From: Patescibacteria group bacterium UBA2211
GTDB taxonomy: Bacteria > Patescibacteriota > Minisyncoccia > Minisyncoccales > Minisyncoccaceae
Direction: 5' to 3'
DNA length: 64,000 bases
Assembly (NCBI GenBank): GCA_002327845.1
Contig: DCUP01000006.1
Coordinates: 70,015-134,014 of the forward strand
A program made the translations under genes and the position numbers. Below are positions 55,166 to 64,000 of the stretch, one piece after another; position 1 is the stretch's first letter, and every line of letters begins with the position of its first letter. The notes below the pieces were generated by a model that saw only the letters and a list, made by a program, of their open reading frames with translations, was not told the DNA's origin and did not search any database.

Positions 55166-55813
55166 ATGATTGAACAATTTTTAACTGCTATCTTAATGGG
55201 AATATTGATAAACATTGATGTTTGCCCCTTAATGGCTAATTTAGCGGCCATTACTTATATTTCCAAAAACTCAAAAAATAAAAGCATAATCCTACACGGA
55301 TTATTTTATTCATTGGGAAGAATTTTAAGCTATACTAGCATAGCACTTCTTATCTATTTCGGACTATCTTCTTTTCACTTTTCTTTCTTAACTCAATATG
55401 GAGAAAGAATAGCTGGGATAGTTTTAATTATTTCTGGAATAATAATGTTCATTTTGGCTAACAAGGATGATGATGAAAATGAGAAAGAAATAAAAAACTC
55501 AACAATATCAAAAGGCTATTTTGGCTCTTTTTCCTTGGGGACAATGCTCTCTCTAGCTTTTTGTCCTCACAGTGCTGCTCTTTTCTTTGGAATATTAATT
55601 CCTTTAACAATAAAATCTGCTGTCGGATTACTTCTTCCTCCTTTTTTTGCCATAGGAGCAAGTCTACCAATTATAATCTTTTCATTTTTCTTAAGTTATA
55701 ATACTGAAAAAATAGAAAGTATTTTTAATAAAATGGAAAAATTAGAACAACCGATAAGATATTTTACAGCTATAATATTTTTACTAACAGGATTAATATT
55801 TTTCTTCAATTAA
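55166..55813 (+). CDS. DsbD_2/CcdA-like membrane protein (two intramembrane Cys-Pro motifs)
   Basis: Six TM segments. VCPL in TM1 and FCPH in TM4. Confidence 0.45.
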   Translation: MIEQFLTAILMGILINIDVCPLMANLAAITYISKNSKNKSIILHGLFYSLGRILSYTSIALLIYFGLSSFHFSFLTQYGERIAGIVLIISGIIMFILANKDDDENEKEIKNSTISKGYFGSFSLGTMLSLAFCPHSAALFFGILIPLTIKSAVGLLLPPFFAIGASLPIIIFSFFLSYNTEKIESIFNKMEKLEQPIRYFTAIIFLLTGLIFFFN

Positions 55814-55836
55814 AAAAAGGATGACTGGTCCTTTAA
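55812..55836. terminator. Bidirectional hairpin between convergent genes
   Basis: A7, AAAGGA-loop-TCCTTT, then a T-rich flank. Confidence 0.45.
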
Positions 55837-55839
55837 TTT

Positions 55840-56160
55840 TTAATTATGACATCCGCCACTGCAAAGCTTGAAACAAGAAAAATTCTTGAAAAGTTTTGAA
55901 TACTTTGCTTTAACAAAGTCGATGGCATCACTCTTGGAAACGAAGTATAGGATACTACCATCAGTAAATGATGGATTGTAGATTGCTCCGCTATCTCTGT
56001 CTGAAAGAATAATCCAGTTCCCTCCTGGGCGCCTTGAAAGTCTTCCTTGACTCAATAGCTTTCCTAAAAATTCGTTTTGGTCTTCTGGCTTCATTTTTAC
56101 ATAATCAATCCAAGGATTGATTAATGGTTTGGTCACTGTTACTGACTCCAAAAACATCAT
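55840..56160 (-). CDS. Orphan higher-GC protein (106 aa) ending CFKLCSGGCHN
   Basis: Complete ORF with its own consensus promoter. No recognisable family. Confidence 0.5.
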   Translation of the reverse strand: MMFLESVTVTKPLINPWIDYVKMKPEDQNEFLGKLLSQGRLSRRPGGNWIILSDRDSGAIYNPSFTDGSILYFVSKSDAIDFVKAKYSKLFKNFSCFKLCSGGCHN

Positions 56161-56195
56161 TCCTGCGCAGATAGTATTGTAAAAGCGCTACAAAA

Positions 56196-56224
56196 ATATT
56201 ACAAAAATTAAAGACTATTGTCAA
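56196..56224 (-). promoter_or_regulatory. Near-consensus sigma70 promoter of the 106-aa orphan gene
   Basis: TTGACA (56219-56224), 17 bp, TAATAT (56196-56201) on the minus strand. Confidence 0.6.
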
Positions 56225-56225
56225 T

Positions 56226-57470
56226 TTATTCCTGCCTTAAAGCATTAATCGGATCCATACTAGCAGCCTTTTGAGCCGGATAAACTCCAAAAAACATTCC
56301 AATTAAAACCGAGAAAAGTAAAGATGAAATTATTGAAAAAGGAGAAACCGCATATGTCCAATCAATTCCAAAAGAAACAGCAACGTAGAAAATCAAAAAA
56401 GAAATTCCCATTCCAACAATAATTCCAAATAATCCCCCCAAGAATGTTAATATTCCTGCTTCCAATAAAAATTGCCAAAGAATATCTTTTCTTTTTGCTC
56501 CTACTGCCCTTCTTAATCCAACCTCAAAGGTTCTTTCGATAACCGAAACATACATTATATTCGTAATACCAACTCCTCCAACTACCAATGATACTGCTGC
56601 TATAACAACCAAGAGCATTGTAATAGCTGATAGAACCGTTTCAACCATAGTTTGAGCATCGGCCATGGTCATAGCTTCAAAATCATCTTCATCCGGATTA
56701 TCAATGTTATGTAATTCTCTTAATAAAGCTATTAATTCATCTTTTGTTTCATTTATTTTATTAACATCTTTAACCTTTGCCGATAATCCAATAATATAGT
56801 CTGTACCTAAAAGTTTCTTTTGCATGGTTAGAGTGGGAATATAAACCATTGAATCCATATCAAATCCAAAAGTGGCTCCTCTTTCTTCTAAAACCCCGAC
56901 AACCTTAAATGGCTTTCCTCTAACATAAACTGTTTTATCTAATGCATCATCGTCTCCAAAAAGATTATCTTTAATTTTGCTTCCCAAGACAATAACCGAA
57001 GACAAAGATTCTTCTTCGTCTACGGTATAAAATCTTCCCAAATTAACTGGTATTTTTTCAATTAACGGTGCATTAGCTCCATAACCAAAAATCATCGCAC
57101 TCTTAGCCACTTCTTGATATTTAATAATTTCTTGTCCAGTAATATATGTATATAAAAGCTCAACATTATCAACTTTTTTGATTTCATCAACATCTTTATT
57201 TTTAAATGTCGTAATTGTTAAACCTGAAGCAAAACTGGTACTACTACCAGCCGCACCTTTTCCTGGAACCCTAACTTCAATATTTATCGCATCAGATCCA
57301 TAAGCTTCTAATTCCTTTAAAACCATGTCCCTAAGTCCATCTCCCGCAGTAATCATGGTAATTAAAGATGCTATCCCAATTGCAACTGCTACAATAGTTA
57401 AAATCGTCCTTGATTTTTGACGCATCAAGCTAATAAAGGCTGACTCAATTTGTGTAAATATTTTATTCAT
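56226..57470 (-). CDS. MacB/FtsX-type ABC transporter permease
   Basis: N-terminal TM, large periplasmic domain, C-terminal FtsX 3-TM bundle (GGVGITNIM...ERTFEVGLRRAVGA). Confidence 0.85.
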   Translation of the reverse strand: MNKIFTQIESAFISLMRQKSRTILTIVAVAIGIASLITMITAGDGLRDMVLKELEAYGSDAINIEVRVPGKGAAGSSTSFASGLTITTFKNKDVDEIKKVDNVELLYTYITGQEIIKYQEVAKSAMIFGYGANAPLIEKIPVNLGRFYTVDEEESLSSVIVLGSKIKDNLFGDDDALDKTVYVRGKPFKVVGVLEERGATFGFDMDSMVYIPTLTMQKKLLGTDYIIGLSAKVKDVNKINETKDELIALLRELHNIDNPDEDDFEAMTMADAQTMVETVLSAITMLLVVIAAVSLVVGGVGITNIMYVSVIERTFEVGLRRAVGAKRKDILWQFLLEAGILTFLGGLFGIIVGMGISFLIFYVAVSFGIDWTYAVSPFSIISSLLFSVLIGMFFGVYPAQKAASMDPINALRQE

Positions 57471-58701
57471 ATCTTAAAGCTTCTATTGGATTTAAAAGAC
57501 TAGCCTTTCTCGCTGGAGCAATTCCAAAAATTAAACCAATACCTATTGAAACAAAACACCCTAAAATTATTGAAATCGGAGAAATTATTAAATCCCAATG
57601 ATAATTCAAAGTATTAATAATTATAGAAATTAAAACCAATATAAGAACTCCTATTATTATTCCAATTATTCCACTGATAAAGGTAATCGCCATTGCCTCA
57701 ATTAAAAATTGCCAGACAATATCATTATTCTTTGCTCCAATTGCTTTTCTTAATCCAATCTCCTTGGTTCTCTCTTGAACCGTAGCCAACATAATATTCA
57801 TAATCCCAAAACCGCCAACAACTAAAGAAATAGCAGCAATCGCAGCTAGAAAAAATCTCAAAGCGTTTGTAATAATTGAAATGCTTTCTAGTGCTTGAGC
57901 AGTTGAGGTCACTGTAAAATCATCTTCCTTAGAATTAGATATATTGTGTTTATCGCGTAAAACATCTTTAACATATTCTATCGTTTCATCTATATTTTCC
58001 GTTTTATCAACCCTCATCCTCATCAAACTAATGTGATTGATTCCTAAAAGAATATTTTGAGCGGTTGATATGGGAATGAATAAATTACTATCTTCGTTCT
58101 GAACCAAACTACCTCCTTTTGCTTTAAGAATTCCGATAATTATAAAATTAGTTTTTTTGATTTTAATTTTTTGCCCAATTGGATTTTGGTCTCCAAATAA
58201 ATCTTTAGCAATTTGATTACCTAAAACTACAACTTTAGCGTTAGCCACTTCTTCTTCTTTAGTAAAAAATCTTCCATCTTCTATTGATGAATTTTGAACA
58301 TCAAGATAACTAGCCGTAGTTCCGTAAAAAGTGGAGCTCGCTTTATTATCTTCTACTGTTATTATGTCACTTCCAGAAACATACATTGCTAATGATTCTA
58401 TGTGTGAATAGTTTCCTTTCAGCATTGCTTCCCCGTCTTCGTATTTTAAAGAAGTAATAATTATTCCAAAAACAGAAGATGGAGGACCAGCCTCTTCTGA
58501 GTGTCCAGGCATAACCCCAACCAAGTTTGAACCAATACTTTTGACCTCATTTAAAATTAATCCTTGTACGCTTTCTCCTACAGACAAAACTATCATAACT
58601 GCGGTAATTCCTATTATAATTCCAAGCATAGTTAAAAAAGAACGCACTTTATTGCGAATTATCATCTGCCAAGCATTTTTTGTAGATTCAAAAATGTTCA
58701 T
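57463..58701 (-). CDS. MacB/FtsX-type ABC transporter permease (second copy)
   Basis: Same architecture (GGFGIMNIM...ERTKEIGLRKAIGA). Start at MNIFEST (58701) abuts the ATPase stop. ORF-track start is 58773. Confidence 0.85.
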   Translation of the reverse strand: MNIFESTKNAWQMIIRNKVRSFLTMLGIIIGITAVMIVLSVGESVQGLILNEVKSIGSNLVGVMPGHSEEAGPPSSVFGIIITSLKYEDGEAMLKGNYSHIESLAMYVSGSDIITVEDNKASSTFYGTTASYLDVQNSSIEDGRFFTKEEEVANAKVVVLGNQIAKDLFGDQNPIGQKIKIKKTNFIIIGILKAKGGSLVQNEDSNLFIPISTAQNILLGINHISLMRMRVDKTENIDETIEYVKDVLRDKHNISNSKEDDFTVTSTAQALESISIITNALRFFLAAIAAISLVVGGFGIMNIMLATVQERTKEIGLRKAIGAKNNDIVWQFLIEAMAITFISGIIGIIIGVLILVLISIIINTLNYHWDLIISPISIILGCFVSIGIGLIFGIAPARKASLLNPIEALRYE

Positions 58702-58702
58702 A

Positions 58703-59431
58703 TTATTTGTTAAGCATGTCTCCATTAGCCCTTTGTCTCTGGGCAACCTTAACGTCTTCGAGAATGGCTCCATCTTTTATGCTGATTATTCTTCCAGCAT
58801 GTTCAGCGGTTGATTTCTCGTGAGTAACTAAAATAATAGTATGACCATTATCGTTCAAATCTTGAAGAATTTTCATAACTTGAGCTCCTGACTTAGAATC
58901 AAGATTTCCTGTTGGCTCATCAGCAAAAATAACTTCTGGATTATTAATCAAAGCTCTAGCTATAGCTACTCTCTGTTTTTCTCCTCCAGAAAGTTTATTG
59001 GGAGAATAGTTTAATCTATGACTTAACCCAACTCTTTCTAATAAATTTTTAGCCTTTTTCACTCTTTCTTCTGCTGATGTATCAGTGTAAACTAGCGGGA
59101 GCATTACATTTTCTAAAACAGAAGATCTATTTAAAAGATTAAAAGATTGAAATATGAAACCAACTTTATTGCTTCTCATTTCAGCCAATTCATCATCATT
59201 TAACTTGCTAACATCTCTATCTTCAAAATTATAAATTCCTCCCGTTGGTTTATCTAAAAAACTCAAAATGTGCATTAAGGTGGACTTTCCTGAACCAGAT
59301 GGGCCCATTATAGATACAAATTCTCCTTTTTTAATATCGAAAGTCAATCCTTTTAGAACTGACGTAATTACGTCATCATTAATAAAATCTTTTTTTAAAT
59401 TATTAACGCTGATTAACATATTATTTTCCAA
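58703..59431 (-). CDS. MacB/LolD-type ABC transporter ATP-binding protein
   Basis: [35 protein letters not shown]. Confidence 0.92.
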   Translation of the reverse strand: MENNMLISVNNLKKDFINDDVITSVLKGLTFDIKKGEFVSIMGPSGSGKSTLMHILSFLDKPTGGIYNFEDRDVSKLNDDELAEMRSNKVGFIFQSFNLLNRSSVLENVMLPLVYTDTSAEERVKKAKNLLERVGLSHRLNYSPNKLSGGEKQRVAIARALINNPEVIFADEPTGNLDSKSGAQVMKILQDLNDNGHTIILVTHEKSTAEHAGRIISIKDGAILEDVKVAQRQRANGDMLNK

Positions 59432-61031
59432 TTTTTAATACTATTTCTTCACCCTCAGATAATCCTGATAAAATTTCTACCTTGCCATCATCGGCTTTTA
59501 ATCCTAATTGAACATTTTTTTCTTCAATCTTTTCATCGATTAAAACTCTTACATATTTCTCATCGCTCTCACTTCTTGATAATACAGCTCTATAAGGAAT
59601 ATATAAAACATTATCTCTGTTGTCTGTCTTAATTAAAACATCTGCGGTCATTCCTGATTTAAATAACTCAGCATCATTATCGCTAATGCCAACTTTTACC
59701 TTGTAGTAAACAACATCTTGAATGTCTGTTGAGGCAGGATCGATTGATAGAACGCTTCCTGTAAACTTGGTATCGCTACCCAATGCGTCTAAAGTAATAG
59801 TAACATCATTTCCTGTTTTTAATTTAACAACGTCTGTTTCGGGAATATCAACCTGAATTTCATAATGAGGTGAAAGAATTTCTATCATTGTTTCAGCTGA
59901 AGAAATTAATTCTCCCTTTTTCTTATTAACCTTAGTTATCACTCCTTCAATTGGAGCATAAATTATAGCTTTGTTTCTATTGGCAATAGCCTGATTTAAA
60001 ATAGCCTGATAATATGCAATATCAATATCTCTTGGTTTGGCTACTAAAGAATTGTAATTAGCTTGTTGTAATTCAAAAGCAGCTTTAGCAGAATCAACAG
60101 CAGCTTGAGCTGAATTCAAACTATTTTCATTTTGAATTTTTAAAATAGATATTTCATTCTCTAAAGAAGAAATTGATGTTTGGGCTGTGCTAATATATGA
60201 CTTCTGAACATCAAGAGATGTTTTTTCTGTTGAAGTAACCTTATTTTGATAAGCTGACTCATCGCAAATGTTTCTAATTATGGTTAATCCGTTAAGTATT
60301 TTACCTAAAGATGTTTTGGCACTTAAAATTGCATTATCAATATCTTCTGTTTTTCCACTAGCCCTAGCAGTATCGATATAAGTCTTAGTTTCATCTTTAG
60401 GTCTCTTTATTTGATATTCTTCATTATTTCTTACTGTCAAACCTTCTTGATCGTTGCTTTCAAAATAATTATCTTTTACTCCCTCAACAGTAGTATAGGC
60501 ATTGTACATTTTAATATAGGTGTCATCTAGAACGTTTAAAGCATATGAATACTTAGCAGCTAAATTTTTATCAGCTAAAATCTGTGTATCATTTAATGTT
60601 TCTTCAGCCTTATTTAGGGCAATTTGTGCCGATTCAACCTGTTTCTGGACTACATTTATCTGTTCAATTGTCGCTCCTGCTAACTTTTGATCTAAAGAAG
60701 CTTGAGCCTGAGCAATGGCAGCATTTAATTGAGATAAAGATAAGTTAGCTAGCCATTGTCCAGCCCTTACCGTATCTCCTTCTTTTACTCTAACATTTTC
60801 AACTATTCCTACCCCGTCAAAATGAAGAGACAAATTATTGGCTGATTCTACCTTTCCGGTTGCATCAACTGTTTGAACTAATTCTCCTCTTGCCACCTTA
60901 ACTGTTTCGTATTTTGAAGCCTTTTTTCCACCAAACAGAAAGGAAAAAGCAACAATTAAAACTAGAACTATTGTTGCTAATATAATCCATGTTTTTTTAG
61001 ATTTAAAATTGGGCTTAAATTTATATTTCAT
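59421..61031 (-). CDS. HlyD/MacA-type periplasmic adaptor with long coiled-coil hairpin
   Basis: N-terminal TM, lipoyl-like GDTVRAGQWLA, extended coiled-coil, beta-barrel C-terminus. Confidence 0.8.
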   Translation of the reverse strand: MKYKFKPNFKSKKTWIILATIVLVLIVAFSFLFGGKKASKYETVKVARGELVQTVDATGKVESANNLSLHFDGVGIVENVRVKEGDTVRAGQWLANLSLSQLNAAIAQAQASLDQKLAGATIEQINVVQKQVESAQIALNKAEETLNDTQILADKNLAAKYSYALNVLDDTYIKMYNAYTTVEGVKDNYFESNDQEGLTVRNNEEYQIKRPKDETKTYIDTARASGKTEDIDNAILSAKTSLGKILNGLTIIRNICDESAYQNKVTSTEKTSLDVQKSYISTAQTSISSLENEISILKIQNENSLNSAQAAVDSAKAAFELQQANYNSLVAKPRDIDIAYYQAILNQAIANRNKAIIYAPIEGVITKVNKKKGELISSAETMIEILSPHYEIQVDIPETDVVKLKTGNDVTITLDALGSDTKFTGSVLSIDPASTDIQDVVYYKVKVGISDNDAELFKSGMTADVLIKTDNRDNVLYIPYRAVLSRSESDEKYVRVLIDEKIEEKNVQLGLKADDGKVEILSGLSEGEEIVLKIGK

Positions 61032-61076
61032 TTTTGTATTGTTTTATTATGTATTACAACAATACCATTTTAAGGC

Positions 61077-62888
61077 CTATTTTTCAACAACAACAATTTC
61101 CATCTGACAATCAGCACAATTGAATTTTAGGAGAAATTTTTGACCTTTTTCGTTTATTAAATAAAGAGGTTCTTTAATTGTTTTATTTTCTTTGGGGCAA
61201 AAACCGAAATAATTCTTCAAGCAATGCCTAGTAGTCATAACCTTATCTCTTTTCTTAATCTCAAAAGCTGGCTCAATATTAACTACTCCATGCTTTTTAT
61301 AAAATTGCTCGGCTAATTTATTAGAAACATTCCATTCATAAGATAAATCTTTTGTTATAAATGGAATATTATTATCTTTAATTTTAAATTCTTCTATTTT
61401 GTAATTCTTTTTTCTTTCTAAAGTAATTTTTGTTATTGCTTCCCTCCTCATTTCATTAATTTGTGACACCGGAATAAAATATGGTTTTTTCCATTTAATA
61501 TTAATTTCTTTAGTTGTATAAATTGTTTCTCCTAATTTTCCTAATTGATTAATTATATTATTTATAGCATTTTCTTTTTTCTCTGCTTCTTTTTTTTCTA
61601 TCTCAATCTCACTAACTCCTTGATTATTGTCATCATCTTTAATAATTAAAGAAAATCCTTTATTGTTTTCTTCGAAGAAAAAAGATAGTGGTATTTTTCT
61701 TTCTGTTTTTATGTTTTTTAAAAACTTTGTATCGGTATTACGATAAATATCGATTCCCTTAATAATTCCAGACATATCGTTTAAATATATCTTATCTTTT
61801 AAAACGGTGTTTACGTTGCTTCCTATAAGATTACCTGATTTGTCAAAGAAACAAAGTCCATCTCCATTAGTTACTTCAATGTTTTTATCTAGAACAAAAT
61901 AATCATCAAAAACATCTTTTACTTTTCCCAATAATTTACCAACCGATTTAGAAGAAGGAGAAAGAATGTCTTTTTGTCTTCCTTTTAAAAAGTATGTTGT
62001 ATATGTTCGATTGAATGTTTTTTCTAAATCCGGTTCAAAATCTAAAGAAATAACCCCCAAAGAAGACCTTTCAAATCCTTCTTTTTTTGAAATTACCTCA
62101 TTCAATCTTTTATTGTAATAAGCCACAACATTAGAAACATAGTCCTCATCTTTTAATCTTCCTTCTATCTTAAAAGAAGTAATTCCCGCATCTACAAGCT
62201 CTTCGAGGTTATTAGAAAGATTGAAATCTTTCAAACAAAGAAGGGGTCTATTTTTAACGATAATATTATTATCTCCATCAATCAGCGTATATGGTAAGCG
62301 ACAAGCCTGGATACATTCACCTCGATTTGCACTTCTTCCACTTAAATATGAACTTAAATAACAACGACCAGAAAAGCTGACGCAAAGAGCCCCATGAACG
62401 AATGATTCTAGTTCTAAATTAGTGTTCTTTTTTATTTCTTTAATTTGCTCTAAAGAAAGTTCTCTAGCTAAAATTACTCTTTTAAATCCAATACCTTCTA
62501 AAAACTTTATTCTTTCTAAAGAATAATTATCTGTTTGTGTGCTTGCAATCAAAGGAATTGGTGGCAAATCCATTTCTAATATTCCCATATCTTGAATTAT
62601 TATCCCATCTGCCTTTAAATTATAAAGACTCCAAATTAAATCTTTAACTTCTTTTAGTTCACTATTAAATAAAATAGTATTTAAAGTAATATAAACCTTA
62701 ACCCTAAATTGATGAGCATACTCTATTAATTTTCTTATTTCCTCTAAAGAATTAGAAGCAGCCAGTCTCGCTCCGAATTTAGGAGCTCCAATATATACAG
62801 CATCGGCTCCGGCATTAATAGCAGCTATTCCGACATTTAAGTTCTTGGCTGGAGCTAAAAGTTCTATTTCTCTAATTTGTTTTTTCAT
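61077..62888 (-). CDS. Peptidase U32 family protein
   Basis: ELLAPA...AIN.GADAVY.G...F..R and E.FVHGALC.S.SGRC motifs. 603 aa with a C-terminal extension. Confidence 0.85.
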   Translation of the reverse strand: MKKQIREIELLAPAKNLNVGIAAINAGADAVYIGAPKFGARLAASNSLEEIRKLIEYAHQFRVKVYITLNTILFNSELKEVKDLIWSLYNLKADGIIIQDMGILEMDLPPIPLIASTQTDNYSLERIKFLEGIGFKRVILARELSLEQIKEIKKNTNLELESFVHGALCVSFSGRCYLSSYLSGRSANRGECIQACRLPYTLIDGDNNIIVKNRPLLCLKDFNLSNNLEELVDAGITSFKIEGRLKDEDYVSNVVAYYNKRLNEVISKKEGFERSSLGVISLDFEPDLEKTFNRTYTTYFLKGRQKDILSPSSKSVGKLLGKVKDVFDDYFVLDKNIEVTNGDGLCFFDKSGNLIGSNVNTVLKDKIYLNDMSGIIKGIDIYRNTDTKFLKNIKTERKIPLSFFFEENNKGFSLIIKDDDNNQGVSEIEIEKKEAEKKENAINNIINQLGKLGETIYTTKEINIKWKKPYFIPVSQINEMRREAITKITLERKKNYKIEEFKIKDNNIPFITKDLSYEWNVSNKLAEQFYKKHGVVNIEPAFEIKKRDKVMTTRHCLKNYFGFCPKENKTIKEPLYLINEKGQKFLLKFNCADCQMEIVVVEK

Positions 62889-62934
62889 ATCTTTTCCCTA
62901 ATCATATTACCATTAACGATAATTTTCAATCTTT

Positions 62935-62964
62935 AATAAAAAGGGCTCCTCAAAATGAGGAACC
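62935..62964 (-). terminator. Terminator overlapping the stop of the 265-aa orphan gene
   Basis: GGTTCCTCA-ttt-TGAGGAGCC (one mismatch), followed by CTTTTTATT on the minus strand. Confidence 0.6.
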
Positions 62965-63747
62965 ATATATCTCTCTTCCTGCTTCTTCGCAAAGAACAGA
63001 TAGACCAGAAAGAAGGACCAAGACTTCGGCTCCGTGACACACCTCACTTGAATCGAATTCTACTCCTCCATATTTTAATCTTGATGATCTCGAATAAACG
63101 ACGCAATGTGAGGGGCATTGCAAAATTAAGCAACATTCATCTTGAAGTTGAGCCGAAAAGATTCCGTATCCAGGCCTATCCCAAATATAGGAATAGGTCT
63201 GCTCCATCGCTTTAGCAATATTATCTATGTCGCTCTTCGAAGCTATGTTCTCAAGCCAATCACAGAGAGTAGAAGAATAATCTCCGGCCACCGCATATTT
63301 TCCACGCTCATGATTAGCAACAACATATAGAGCAAGAAGTTGTTTCTTTTCCATACGAGTCGGCTGATTAACTCTGTAAACACAACGAGCAAGCTCAGTA
63401 AATAATGCTATTGATTGAACAGCTGCATGAATCGACTTCCATGGCGGACCATTAATAGTCGAAATTTTGGGAATCGGAACAACGTATTCAACGAAGCCCC
63501 CTTGCTCTTTTTTTCTTCGGAAAGCGTTGTCGAAACCAAAATCACCGTCAAAACCAGAAAAGCTTTGGAATCCAAATTGCTTTACTTTTTCATCAACCAC
63601 AGTCTGATCAATTTTGAAAGAATCCAAAATTTCTTCTCGGACCCTTATTGATAAGGCTGGATTTGCATCAGGAATAAATCCCAACTGATACAACAATACG
63701 CAATTCTCACTTAAAATGAACATATAATCACCAATGTACTGCCACAT
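62950..63747 (-). CDS. Orphan higher-GC hypothetical protein (265 aa)
   Basis: Uninterrupted ORF in a segment with about 45-48% GC (hand count), versus about 30% in flanks. No motif recognised. Confidence 0.55.
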   Translation of the reverse strand: MWQYIGDYMFILSENCVLLYQLGFIPDANPALSIRVREEILDSFKIDQTVVDEKVKQFGFQSFSGFDGDFGFDNAFRRKKEQGGFVEYVVPIPKISTINGPPWKSIHAAVQSIALFTELARCVYRVNQPTRMEKKQLLALYVVANHERGKYAVAGDYSSTLCDWLENIASKSDIDNIAKAMEQTYSYIWDRPGYGIFSAQLQDECCLILQCPSHCVVYSRSSRLKYGGVEFDSSEVCHGAEVLVLLSGLSVLCEEAGREIYGSSF

Positions 63748-63779
63748 TATTTGTGGTAATCATACATTATCAAAGACAA

Positions 63780-64000
63780 TTAAGAAGTCAAGTTACGCCT
63801 TTTTAGTTCTCTCTGATAATTAATAGCAAACCTATGAGCCTCATCTCTAACTCTGATTAAAAGATTTTCGTTGTTTGTAACAAAACTATTGTTTTTATCA
63901 AAAAAGAATTCATTCTTTTTTCTTTCCGGCCCCTTAGCAATACCAACCACATCGATATTTAAATTATTCTTTTTTAAGACATTATTAATTGTATTGACTT
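63780..64000 (-). CDS. uvrC: UvrC-like excinuclease, C-terminal end (5' part outside the window)
   Basis: Manual translation: ...NIDVVGIAKGPERKKNEFFF...LLIRVRDEAHRFAINYQRELKRRNLTS*. The RDEAHRFAI motif is characteristic of the UvrC endonuclease domain. Stop at 63780-63782. Confidence 0.6.
   Translation of the reverse strand, partial: VNTINNVLKKNNLNIDVVGIAKGPERKKNEFFFDKNNSFVTNNENLLIRVRDEAHRFAINYQRELKRRNLTS

Noticed and set aside
58702-58773. N-terminal extensions in the ORF track that overlap upstream genes. Examples: 58702..58773, 37743..37790, 18621..18716, 40809..40844, 47066..47104, and possibly 6356..6397.
   Set aside because: The internal ATG codons line up with the conserved protein N-termini and abut upstream stop codons. 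One (18620) has a clear AGGAGG SD. The extensions translate to implausible sequence.
62950-63747. The GC-rich islands (also 21735..22046 and 55840..56160) as structured RNA genes rather than CDS.
   Set aside because: Each contains an uninterrupted ORF of 103-265 codons with ordinary amino-acid composition, and I could not recognise tRNA, tmRNA, RNase P or SRP features. This is not fully excluded for 21735..22092, where two frames are open.
1-64000. Alternative genetic code (UGA recoding as in some CPR lineages).
   Set aside because: Standard-code translation gives full-length, motif-complete proteins (SecA, TypA, YchF, MurB, HydA) with no need to read through stops.

Overview
A compact 64-kb segment with low GC (about 30% by hand counts of typical 60-nt lines). 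Nearly every gene is on the minus strand, with tiny or overlapping intergenic gaps. Gene content: SufC/SufBD, [FeFe]-hydrogenase, superoxide reductase, nucleotide salvage, cell-envelope genes, many small secreted or membrane hypotheticals and cohesin-type surface proteins. I saw no respiratory chain and no tRNA, rRNA, CRISPR, transposase or integrase. This looks like a Patescibacteria/CPR-type (Parcubacteria-like) genome, which is inference only. Recognisable housekeeping genes include sufC, ppa, gpsA, uppP, typA, secA, hpf, murB, ychF and tdk, plus a UvrD-type helicase fused to a Cas4/AddB-like nuclease, MacAB-type efflux genes and a U32 peptidase. The best candidate for a novel system is a six-gene, ~7.9-kb minus-strand operon (22160-30094). 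It combines two membrane-anchored cohesin-domain proteins, a dockerin-bearing secreted protein, and a WxL-like/DUF916-like (Csc-type) surface-complex module, with CBM-like, FN3, LysM and a cytoplasmic ASCH/DUF3850 domain. Together this suggests a cellulosome-style but non-cellulolytic attachment apparatus. The second candidate is an orphan type-IV-coupling-protein-like ATPase cluster (6436-11031) directly upstream of the helicase-nuclease. Other items: an ATP-cone/PD-(D/E)xK nuclease next to tdk and a MazG-like gene; three isolated higher-GC orphan genes, two with their own predicted terminator and one with a consensus promoter and a shared terminator (one very Cys-rich); an unannotated 34-aa Lys/Ala-rich ORF; and a minimal beta-carbonic-anhydrase-like protein. 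All family assignments come from motifs read by eye in the supplied translations. No database search was run.
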